DNA of 64,000 nt from an uncultured Polaribacter sp. (GTDB taxonomy: Bacteria > Bacteroidota > Bacteroidia > Flavobacteriales > Flavobacteriaceae): NCBI GenBank assembly GCA_963975825.1, contig CAXBIR010000001.1, positions 26,699 through 90,698 on the forward strand, given 5' to 3'. Positions 19,358 to 27,894 of this stretch are shown piece by piece; position 1 is the first letter of the stretch, and each line of letters starts with the position of its first letter. Position numbers and translations under genes: made by a program. The notes beneath the pieces are model-generated. The model had not been told where the DNA came from. It worked only from the letters and a program-made list of their open reading frames with translations, and did not search any database.

Positions 19358-22267
19358 TTATATTTTTTCTGTTAGCTTAATTTCTGTATTACTTTCTACT
19401 TTTGGCGCTATTGAGTTTAAATAATCTGAACTTTTAGCTTGTTTATTTTCTACAAATGGTCTTATCTGAAACAACCAAAGTTTATTGTCTTTAAATCCAA
19501 ATTCAACATCATAAGCATGTGATTCTTCAGTAGATTTATTTCCAATTTTATTTCTAATTTCAGAAGCCAGTTCTCTAATGTCATTCACATTACTTGTATT
19601 TAATATTGGCTGATTAAATGTTGTATAATATTTTTTTGTACTTCCTGTTGTTGGTAAACGTATATAATCTGGTTGTCTGGCAGGACTAAGTAAATAACTA
19701 CTTTCTGCTGTTATTAATCTTGTTTCTGCAGATTGCCCATCTACAGCGCCACCAGCTCCTCTACTAAATGCAACTGTTAAGTCGTTTTCAGAACCTTCAT
19801 TAATACCTTTTGTAATCATAACGCCAGAATAATCTACATCTACACTTGGTATTATTAATATTGATGGATATACATTTTCTGGATTTAATAAGTATTGCTG
19901 ACGCCACTTAAAACTTCTTTCTGTGTAAGCAGAAGCCCAAACTTGTTTAATTCCTTGAATAATTTTTTCTTCTTTTAAAATATTAAATAACGTTAAATTT
20001 AAGCCAGCTCCAGTAAATTCTTTTAAGTCTTCCATATTGGTGTCGCTTCTTAAGAATACAGGTACATTTCCTAATTTATCTCCAAATACATTTTTAAAAT
20101 TATCTTTTAAATCATCCGTAAAACTTTCGTCTAAATTGATGTTTAAAATAGCAGCATGTAATTCTGATAAAGAATTTATTAGAAACTTTTCTACTGCTTC
20201 ATCTGAAGTATTATTGCTTTTTAATTCTTTCGCTTTTGTAAAAGTTGCATTTAAAAATTCCCAATAACTTTTATTTTTATTAGGCATTTCTTTGTTCATG
20301 TGAGATTTAAAAATTCCAAACGGAATAATTATTCCTTCAACTACTTTATTTGGAAATAAGTTTTTTAACTCTCCTAAATTAGCAGCTTTTGGGCCGCATA
20401 AAATACCAGAATCTGTAGCTTTTACATCTCTCATGTTAATAATTTTAGAAACATCTAACTTTAATTTGTCAGTTGGTACTTCAATCATATTTTTAGTTCT
20501 CTCCTTCTTATCAAATAATTTTTTCTCTTCAGCAGTCATTTCATTTTCTAATTTTAAAATGACGTTTCCTTTATTGGAAACTGCGTAAAAAACGTTTTTA
20601 TCGGTGTACTTTTCTAGAGATTTTAAGTTTTCATTTGATAAAGCAGCATTAGGTATTCCTAAGTTTCTTGCTAATAATTGTACATGAGAAACTAAATTTC
20701 CTTCAGAAACAGTCATAATTCCTGCAACTGGTTTTAAATCTGCAGGTGGTTTTTGAAAAATATAAATGTTGTTTGTATTTACTTCAACTTTATCTGGGTT
20801 ACCATCTACAACAATTAATTTACCAAATGCATAACCAGGGTTTAAACCTCTTATAGCGCCTTGGTTAGTAATACTCATTACATTGTTATTTACTTCAGAA
20901 ATTTTTGCAGCAAAATTATTTAGTTTGCTAACAGTTTCCCCTAAATTTAAAGTAATAGAATTTCTAATTCTATCGTCTATAAAACCGTAAGCTAAAGACT
21001 CAAAAGCTGCGTATTCATTTACATCTTCTTGGTAATTTGCTTTTACTAAAGAAGTACTCCATTCTACAATTCTTCTAGCATTTGTAACTAGAGAATTTAA
21101 CTCTCCTAAAGTTGTTTTTTCTTTATTTAAAGCAGAGGAAAAAACAGGTTTTACTACATCAAATTCCCAAGCTTCTACAAGACCGGTTGCGTAGGAAGCA
21201 CAGGTTAAAGTTTGTGTTTTTAAAATTGTTTCTTCTAATGTATCAGTATTCCAATTTTGACTTTCGATTAATAAAATTTTTTCTAATTGATTTGTTAAAT
21301 CTAAAAGGATTAAACGGTCTTTACTATCTTTAAATAACGCAATATTATATCTTAAAAAATCTAAATTATCTGTAATTTTTATAACAATATCTTTTGCAGA
21401 AAAGCTAGTTTTATCTTCATTAATAAAAGCTTTTAAATTTTTAAGAACTTCATTATCATCATTAACTTTAGATAGTTCTTTTGAAATGGTTTTATAGTTT
21501 AATGGCGCATAAAACTCATTCATGGTACTTAATAGTCTGTCAAAAAGTTTTTTTTCCTTAATAGAAATTTTAGAAGCATTTTTCTTGATGTAATTCTGAA
21601 CTAAATAAATATCTGTCTTTTGTGGATTTCCATGAATTTTAATTCTAATATCCATAAAGTCAGGAATTTCTTCAGCTAATATTTTAGACTCGCTTCGCAT
21701 TAATTGCGCAATATTAGAATCTCCATTATGTGGAATATCTTTCAAAGATTGTCTAATTAAGTAATAATTAGAGTTTAAAAAAGAATCGTCTTTTAAAACA
21801 GTTTCATAAAATTCCTTTCCCCAAGCTTCTTCATCTTCAGATTGAATAGCACCTCTATAATATTGTCCTTTTTTTAAAACCCAACCATTATCTAAGCTTG
21901 CTAAATATAGTCCAATTTGATATTGTTTTAATCTGCTAAAATTATGTGTAGCATCTAAAAAATCTGTTGTTTTTAAACTAGCTAATATTTCACCAAAAAA
22001 TAAATGATTACTCTTTCTTAAATCTAATGCAGATTGTTTAAAAGATGCATGTTGAATTCCCCCACCTATAGAATCTGGGCAAGGGTCTTTAGAATCTCTA
22101 ACAGAACCATCTTTACAGAACCATTTAATTCTGTAATATGGACCTCTGATATCATTTTTGTAAGAATCTATTAATTGTTTTATATCGTTATTACTTTTTT
22201 TCTGTGAAGTAGCTTTTAAGCTAAAAAGCAATACAATTGTAAAGGTAAGTAGTAGTTTTTTTTTCAT
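19358..22267 (-). CDS. Signal-peptide-bearing PEP-utilizing/dikinase-family protein (helical domain, phospho-His swivel domain, C-terminal ATP-grasp)
   Basis: CAT at 22265-22267. MKKKLLL...ATS|Q; GNLVSHVQLLARNLGIP (His528); GPKAANLGEL, LRSDTNMEDL..FTGAG, VWASAY, SGVMIT and DVEFGF...LFQIRP. Confidence 0.85.
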   Translation of the reverse strand: MKKKLLLTFTIVLLFSLKATSQKKSNNDIKQLIDSYKNDIRGPYYRIKWFCKDGSVRDSKDPCPDSIGGGIQHASFKQSALDLRKSNHLFFGEILASLKTTDFLDATHNFSRLKQYQIGLYLASLDNGWVLKKGQYYRGAIQSEDEEAWGKEFYETVLKDDSFLNSNYYLIRQSLKDIPHNGDSNIAQLMRSESKILAEEIPDFMDIRIKIHGNPQKTDIYLVQNYIKKNASKISIKEKKLFDRLLSTMNEFYAPLNYKTISKELSKVNDDNEVLKNLKAFINEDKTSFSAKDIVIKITDNLDFLRYNIALFKDSKDRLILLDLTNQLEKILLIESQNWNTDTLEETILKTQTLTCASYATGLVEAWEFDVVKPVFSSALNKEKTTLGELNSLVTNARRIVEWSTSLVKANYQEDVNEYAAFESLAYGFIDDRIRNSITLNLGETVSKLNNFAAKISEVNNNVMSITNQGAIRGLNPGYAFGKLIVVDGNPDKVEVNTNNIYIFQKPPADLKPVAGIMTVSEGNLVSHVQLLARNLGIPNAALSNENLKSLEKYTDKNVFYAVSNKGNVILKLENEMTAEEKKLFDKKERTKNMIEVPTDKLKLDVSKIINMRDVKATDSGILCGPKAANLGELKNLFPNKVVEGIIIPFGIFKSHMNKEMPNKNKSYWEFLNATFTKAKELKSNNTSDEAVEKFLINSLSELHAAILNINLDESFTDDLKDNFKNVFGDKLGNVPVFLRSDTNMEDLKEFTGAGLNLTLFNILKEEKIIQGIKQVWASAYTERSFKWRQQYLLNPENVYPSILIIPSVDVDYSGVMITKGINEGSENDLTVAFSRGAGGAVDGQSAETRLITAESSYLLSPARQPDYIRLPTTGSTKKYYTTFNQPILNTSNVNDIRELASEIRNKIGNKSTEESHAYDVEFGFKDNKLWLFQIRPFVENKQAKSSDYLNSIAPKVESNTEIKLTEKI

Positions 22268-22286
22268 TTTCTTTTCTTTGGTAATA

Positions 22287-22294
22287 CAAATCTA
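22287..22294 (-). promoter_or_regulatory. -7 TAnnTTTG element for the dikinase-hydrolase operon
   Basis: Minus strand TAGATTTG, 19 nt upstream of the ATG. Confidence 0.45.
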
Positions 22295-22414
22295 ATTTTT
22301 TAAAAGTCAGTAATGAACTTTAGAACTTATTAAGACTAATAAAAAAACGAAATGAGTTAAAAAAAGTTTAGTTTTTAAGAAAATTGAAGAAAAAAGAGAA
22401 TCGAATAACTGTTT

Positions 22415-23407
22415 TTATTGTTTTAAGAAGGTGTAAGTCTGTTTATTTTGCTGAATATAAACCTCTTTACAACTTGTAGGGTGAATAAAATTATACGTTT
22501 CTAAATGATTAAAATTAGTTTTTTCTGCATAAAACAAACCTTCAAAATCTTTAATTCCATCAGAATTATATCTAGATATTTTGTAAGCACCTAAATCAAT
22601 TTTGTCTTCAATTTTAAACCAAGCACCACTTCCAATTCCTCCTAACCAAGTTCCGTTTTCTAATTTAAAAACCTTTAAATTAGGTTTTTCTGTTCCTATT
22701 AAATTGGGTTCTCCTTCAAACTTGTTTAAAAAAGAAGATTTATATTCTTTAACAATAGATCTATTTTTATAGTATGTAATTTCTTGATTATAAACATTAA
22801 AGATTTTATTGTCTGTATTTGCTTTTATTACGTTTCCAATAGGACTTGGTGTTAATAAATTAGATTTTTTTAATTGTTTACCAATTTTTTTATTCTCTGA
22901 AGAAGCAATAATTGTATCTGTTACAAATCTTGCACAATTTGTTCCGTTTTTAATAAAAGCACCATAAGGTATTTCTTTTTCGTCTATTAATTCTTGAATA
23001 AATTTTTGCGCTTTTTTAAAATTTATTTCATTGTGAATGCTAGCTACTAATCTACCATCTCCATGTGTTTTCTCAGGATGATTTTCTATCCAAAGTAAAA
23101 TTTCTTCAACGTTTAAAATTTCATTATTCTTAAAATTTGCCTTAATTGTAACTTCTAATTCTGGGTCTGTTTCTTTACATCTAACTCTACCATTTCCGTA
23201 ACTTGTAATGTATCTTCCAAAATCGAAATAATTTATTTCTGAATTGTTTTTTTGAAGTAATAACAACGCAGCATGACCAGCTTGTACAGCATGCTCGCCA
23301 CCAATACCAATTTTAGGCCAAAAATTACTTAAAGTTTCCCAGTAAGCAGGCCTTACAATCGTATCTGGATACGAAAGTATAATGATGATTCCATCAGAAA
23401 TTTGCAT
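22415..23407 (-). CDS. DUF6695-like protein; predicted permuted papain-like His/Cys catalytic pair
   Basis: CAT at 23405-23407; AGHAALL, YFDFGRY and GTNCARFV. Confidence 0.65.
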   Translation of the reverse strand: MQISDGIIIILSYPDTIVRPAYWETLSNFWPKIGIGGEHAVQAGHAALLLLQKNNSEINYFDFGRYITSYGNGRVRCKETDPELEVTIKANFKNNEILNVEEILLWIENHPEKTHGDGRLVASIHNEINFKKAQKFIQELIDEKEIPYGAFIKNGTNCARFVTDTIIASSENKKIGKQLKKSNLLTPSPIGNVIKANTDNKIFNVYNQEITYYKNRSIVKEYKSSFLNKFEGEPNLIGTEKPNLKVFKLENGTWLGGIGSGAWFKIEDKIDLGAYKISRYNSDGIKDFEGLFYAEKTNFNHLETYNFIHPTSCKEVYIQQNKQTYTFLKQ

Positions 23408-23408
23408 T

Positions 23409-23654
23409 TTATGAATTATTAAAGATAGCTTTTAGTAAAATCTGAAATGTTTTAAAAGCGAAGAAAATTGTAAAAATTATTAGTATTGCTGCAACTGTAA
23501 TAATAATGTAAGATAAAAACTCTTGCGGTGTGTTATTAAACTTTTTTAAAGCTTTAAAACCCATTGTAAGCGTAATTGGCGATGCTATAAAAAGGAAAAT
23601 TAAAATACCCAAGTATTTTAAACCTTTACCTAATAAGTTAACGTTTGTACTCAT
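23409..23654 (-). CDS. Small 2-TM protein (DUF6095-like)
   Basis: 81 aa; GKGLKYLG...ASP followed by two hydrophobic helices. Confidence 0.65.
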   Translation of the reverse strand: MSTNVNLLGKGLKYLGILIFLFIASPITLTMGFKALKKFNNTPQEFLSYIIITVAAILIIFTIFFAFKTFQILLKAIFNNS

Positions 23655-24463
23655 TTTTTATAATTTTTTATAGAATTTCTAACATTACCATACTTTTCTA
23701 ATAATGTAGCAGCTTCAGTTTGGTCGATATTTAATTCTTTAGCTAACATTTTTTGACCTCTTTCTACTAACTTGTTGTTAGATAGTTGCATATCTACCAT
23801 TTTGTTACCTTTAATTTTTCCTAATTGAATCATTGTAGCTGTAGAAATCATATTTAGAACTAATTTTTGTGCGGTTCCAGCTTTCATTCTCGAGCTTCCA
23901 GTAACAAACTCTGAGCCAACAACAACTTCTATAGGGTACATAGAAACTTTAGCCAAAGGACTATTATTATTACAAGCAATACAACCAGTAATAATATTAT
24001 TCTCGTTACATTTTTCTAAAGCAGAAATTACATAAGGCGTTGTGCCAGATGCAGCAATACCAATTACAACATCTTTTTCTGTTATTTGGTGTTCTTTTAA
24101 GTCTAACCAACCTTGCGTTTTAGAATCTTCTGCAAATTCTACAGCTTTTCTAATAGCAATATCTCCACCAGCAATAATACCAACTACAAGTTCATGTGGT
24201 ACACCAAAAGTTGGCGGACATTCTGAAGCATCTACAACACCTAATCTACCAGAAGTTCCTGCTCCAATGTAAAATAATCTTCCTCCTTCTTTTAATTTTT
24301 TAACAATATTAGTTGTTAGAATTTCTATTTGAGGTAAAGATTTTTCTACAGCAATTGGTACTGTTTTATCTTCGTTATTAATGTTGCTTAATAATTCTTT
24401 AACACTCATCTTTTCTAGATGGTTGTATTTAGAATCTTGTTCTGTAGTTTTTATAAAAGTCAT
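23651..24463 (-). CDS. murQ: N-acetylmuramic acid 6-phosphate etherase
   Basis: GAGTSGRLGVVDASECPPTFG, GIAASGTTPYV and GSSRMKAGTAQKLVLNMIST. An alternative ATG lies at 24466. Confidence 0.93.
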   Translation of the reverse strand: MTFIKTTEQDSKYNHLEKMSVKELLSNINNEDKTVPIAVEKSLPQIEILTTNIVKKLKEGGRLFYIGAGTSGRLGVVDASECPPTFGVPHELVVGIIAGGDIAIRKAVEFAEDSKTQGWLDLKEHQITEKDVVIGIAASGTTPYVISALEKCNENNIITGCIACNNNSPLAKVSMYPIEVVVGSEFVTGSSRMKAGTAQKLVLNMISTATMIQLGKIKGNKMVDMQLSNNKLVERGQKMLAKELNIDQTEAATLLEKYGNVRNSIKNYKK

Positions 24464-24467
24464 CATT

Positions 24468-24475
24468 CAAAAATA
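24468..24475 (-). promoter_or_regulatory. -7 element placing the TSS at about the murQ ATG (possibly leaderless)
   Basis: Minus strand TATTTTTG-AATG-ATG. Confidence 0.4.
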
Positions 24476-24516
24476 CAGTTTTTTTGTATTCTTGAATGAT
24501 GATTTAAACTGAAGTT

Positions 24517-25347
24517 TTAGTTTTTTTCTACCAAATTAACACTAAAAGTGTCTATTTCTGAAATATGAAAATAACCTAAAGGAAAATTAGCTTCGTTTGT
24601 AGTGTTTATCATATTTCCTAATAAAGAAGAAGGAACTGATTGAAAAGGACCACCACCATTTACACCACTTTGATCTAATAATATTCTAAAATAGGTGTAA
24701 TAGTCTTTAGAGATTCCAGCCATTTTTATATTTACAGTTGTAGGTAATTCGATATCATCTTCATCATAAAAAAAAGAAAAATTATAATCTGTACCATTAA
24801 AAAAACGATCTTCTATGGTTAAAAATCTATTGTTAGTAAAATCGAATAAATAATAATTTTCTTCATTTATATTATCGCTAAAATCAACTTTTATCTCTGT
24901 TTCTTTTCCACTGAAAAGTGTCTTATCACCTTGTTCTACGCTGTTAAAAACTGTAGATTTAATTTTTGTAGCTTTCCCTTTATAGGTTTGGTTATTATAT
25001 GCTACAGTTAATTCATATGTAATATTATCTTCTGGTACAAATGAAGTTGCAGGTGTGTAATTACCATCTGCATTTGTGTCTAAAAAAGGGATTACAGAAT
25101 TGTTAGATAAATTTGTTAAAAATACGTTCGCGTTTGTTACAGTTGGTATGTTTTCTTCAAAATAATCTGCAGATAATTTTAATTTTACAACTGTATTAGC
25201 AACAACAGGGCTTTCATCAAATAGAACTTCAAAAGAGGCATCTATTATTAATTTAGGCTCTATAGTTGGTAAATCTATATCTACTACTTTTTCACAATTA
25301 GAAAAAAGTAATACTATTAAAACAGGAAGTATGTATATTTTTTTCAT
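24517..25347 (-). CDS. DUF4249 family lipoprotein
   Basis: Lipobox FSNC followed by EKVVDIDL; NMINTT...PLGYF C-terminus; follows a TonB-dependent receptor. Confidence 0.8.
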   Translation of the reverse strand: MKKIYILPVLIVLLFSNCEKVVDIDLPTIEPKLIIDASFEVLFDESPVVANTVVKLKLSADYFEENIPTVTNANVFLTNLSNNSVIPFLDTNADGNYTPATSFVPEDNITYELTVAYNNQTYKGKATKIKSTVFNSVEQGDKTLFSGKETEIKVDFSDNINEENYYLFDFTNNRFLTIEDRFFNGTDYNFSFFYDEDDIELPTTVNIKMAGISKDYYTYFRILLDQSGVNGGGPFQSVPSSLLGNMINTTNEANFPLGYFHISEIDTFSVNLVEKN

Positions 25348-25351
25348 TGCT

Positions 25352-27730
25352 TTAAAATTTAAAATTATAGGTTACAGATGGTACAAGACCAAAAATTGAT
25401 GTCTGAATTGCTTCGTTTCTAAAGGTTTCTTGGTTTTGTTTAAAAGCTAAAGAAGCAGCGTTTTGTCTTCCGTATAAATTATAAATTCCGAAAACCCATT
25501 CTCCTTGCCACTTTCTGTTTTTATTTTTTTCTGGTGTTAAAGTTGCAGAAATATCTAATCTATGATATGCAGGAAGTCTGTCTGCATTTCTTCTATTATC
25601 ATCATAAATTGGTACATTTAAACCTTGTACTTCATATTGGCCAACTGGGTAATTTGTTGGTTGTCCTGTTTGAAAAACAAAGTTACTATTGAATTTCCAT
25701 TTCTCGTTTAACTTATAACTGGCGTTAATAGAAAAATCGTGCGTTTTATCATAAGGTGTGCTGTACCATTGGCTATTATTAATTCCTGGTTCGTTTGCAT
25801 TTCTACCTTCTGTTAATTGTTCAGATCTAGAAAGTGTGTAAGAAATCCATCCTTGAAAATTTCCTTCGTTCTTCTTAAATAGTACTTCTAAACCATAAGC
25901 TCTGGCTTTACCATTTAAAATTACGGTTTCAATTTCATTATTAGCAATTAAGTTTGCTCCATTTATATAATCTATTCTATTCTGAATATCTTTGTAAAAA
26001 GCTTCTGTTTCTAAAGTGTATTTTCCGTCTTTAAAAGATTTAAAATAACCTACAGCATATTGATCTAAAAGTTGAGGTTTTACATATTTACCACTAGGCG
26101 TCCAAACATCTAATGGAGTAGGAGAGGCAGTATTAGAAAGTAAATGTAAATATTGTGCCATTCTATTGTAACTTGCCTTTACAGAAGTGTTATTGTCTAT
26201 AATATAAGACATAGAAACTCTTGGTTCAAAATTATTAAAACTTGCAATAGCATCGCTTCTTTTATAGTTTTCTGTACCTGTTGCTTCTGCAGATTCGTAT
26301 TTTTTAAATTCGGTATTGTAAATTACAGCTTCATCATTTGCATAGGTGTTTAGTTCATCTTGTCCTAATCTTGTAAAATTGCTAAAACGAACTCCATATT
26401 GTAGCCTAAAATTATCGCTAATTTTATGTTCTGCGTCTATATAAGCAGCAAATTCATTTGCATATTTATCTATAAGTTTTTCAGCTACAATACCAGAATC
26501 TTCTCTATTAGGAATAATTTCTCCTGGATTAAATTTTATATAAATATTGTTAACACCATAACTTAATTTTACTTTTTCGCTTACATAATGATTGAAATCA
26601 TACTTCAAATTGAAATTAGTTATACCAGAATCCCATTCGAAACCAACAAAGTCTAAAGTTAATCCGTAGAAATAATCCGAATAAATTAAAGATAAATTAG
26701 AGAAAAGTTTATCTGTAAAAAGATGATTCCAGCGTAAATTAACAACAGTGTTTCCATAAGTATTTACAAAATTATCGCTAATTCCAAAAACATCTTTACC
26801 AAAATAAGTAGATAAGAAAACGTTATTTCTATCGTTAAAACGGTAGTTAATTTTACTATTTAAATCGTAAAAATATGCTTTGTTATCATTATCAAAAAGA
26901 GGTAAAAATAAATGAGCATAAGAAGATCTTCCGCCAATTAAAAAAGAACTTTTTTCTTTTTCTAAAGGCCCTTCAATTAATAATCTAGAGGAAACTAAAC
27001 CAATACCGCCAGTAATACTAAAATCTTTACTGTTTCCTTCTTTTTGATAAATATCTAGTACAGAAGATAAACGGCCACCGTATTTTGCAGGAATTCCTCC
27101 TTTATATAATTTTACGTCTTTAATTACATCTGGATTAAAAACTGAGAAAAAACCAAATAAATGAGAAGAATTAAAAACAATAGCCTCGTCTAATAATATT
27201 AAGTTTTGATCTGCAGCGCCACCTCTTACATTAAAACCAGAAGCGCCTTCACCAGCACTTGTAACTCCTGGTAAAAGAATTAAAGATTTTATAATATCTG
27301 CTTCTCCAAGCACTACAGGAATCTGTTTTATTGTAGAAGATGTTAATCTATTAACGCTCATTTGTGGCGTTTTTAAATTAAGTTTTTCAATATTACTTTC
27401 TATAACAATTTCATTTAAACTCTCAGATTCCTCTTTTAATTTAAAGTTTTTAGATGTTTTTTCTAAAAGTTCTATATTTTCTACAAGTGTGGTGTAGCCT
27501 AAATAGCTTATTTGAAATTTGTAAGTTCCTTTTGGAATTGTAATTGAGTAAAAACCATATTCATTTGTGGTTGTTCCAGAGTTCAATTCAGGAAAATAGA
27601 TAGAAACGCCAATTAAGGTTTCATTATTAGAATCATCGTAAACTGTACCACTAAGTGTAATTTTTTCTTGTCCAAGCACCGATAAACTTATCAAAAAAAA
27701 GAGAAAAAATAATTTTTTAAAGTGTAGCAT
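25352..27730 (-). CDS. TonB-dependent receptor with N-terminal CarboxypepD_reg-like domain
   Basis: ETLIGVSI..., plug GEADIIKSLILLPGV...VRGG..DQNL, YGGRLSSV, and terminal YNFKF. Confidence 0.9.
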   Translation of the reverse strand: MLHFKKLFFLFFLISLSVLGQEKITLSGTVYDDSNNETLIGVSIYFPELNSGTTTNEYGFYSITIPKGTYKFQISYLGYTTLVENIELLEKTSKNFKLKEESESLNEIVIESNIEKLNLKTPQMSVNRLTSSTIKQIPVVLGEADIIKSLILLPGVTSAGEGASGFNVRGGAADQNLILLDEAIVFNSSHLFGFFSVFNPDVIKDVKLYKGGIPAKYGGRLSSVLDIYQKEGNSKDFSITGGIGLVSSRLLIEGPLEKEKSSFLIGGRSSYAHLFLPLFDNDNKAYFYDLNSKINYRFNDRNNVFLSTYFGKDVFGISDNFVNTYGNTVVNLRWNHLFTDKLFSNLSLIYSDYFYGLTLDFVGFEWDSGITNFNLKYDFNHYVSEKVKLSYGVNNIYIKFNPGEIIPNREDSGIVAEKLIDKYANEFAAYIDAEHKISDNFRLQYGVRFSNFTRLGQDELNTYANDEAVIYNTEFKKYESAEATGTENYKRSDAIASFNNFEPRVSMSYIIDNNTSVKASYNRMAQYLHLLSNTASPTPLDVWTPSGKYVKPQLLDQYAVGYFKSFKDGKYTLETEAFYKDIQNRIDYINGANLIANNEIETVILNGKARAYGLEVLFKKNEGNFQGWISYTLSRSEQLTEGRNANEPGINNSQWYSTPYDKTHDFSINASYKLNEKWKFNSNFVFQTGQPTNYPVGQYEVQGLNVPIYDDNRRNADRLPAYHRLDISATLTPEKNKNRKWQGEWVFGIYNLYGRQNAASLAFKQNQETFRNEAIQTSIFGLVPSVTYNFKF

Positions 27731-27818
27731 TTTATTTTTATTGTTTAATTATTGCTAGAATAACTAAAACAAAAGTACAATTCTAAAACGATATTAAAAT
27801 ACAATTTTTTACTAATTT

Positions 27819-27843
27819 AAAAAGCTAGTATTTACATACTAGC
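27819..27843 (-). terminator. Intrinsic terminator after tolC
   Basis: GCTAGTAT-TTAC-ATACTAGC preceded by an A-run (U-tract on the minus strand). Confidence 0.65.
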
Positions 27844-27894
27844 ATTAGTTTATATTATAATTACTAAATATTTATAAGGATAACCTAATATATT

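Noticed and set aside
19358-22267. Annotation as PEP synthase (ppsA) or rifampin phosphotransferase
   Set aside because: There is no C-terminal PEP/pyruvate barrel, the His domain precedes the ATP-grasp, and a signal peptide is present.
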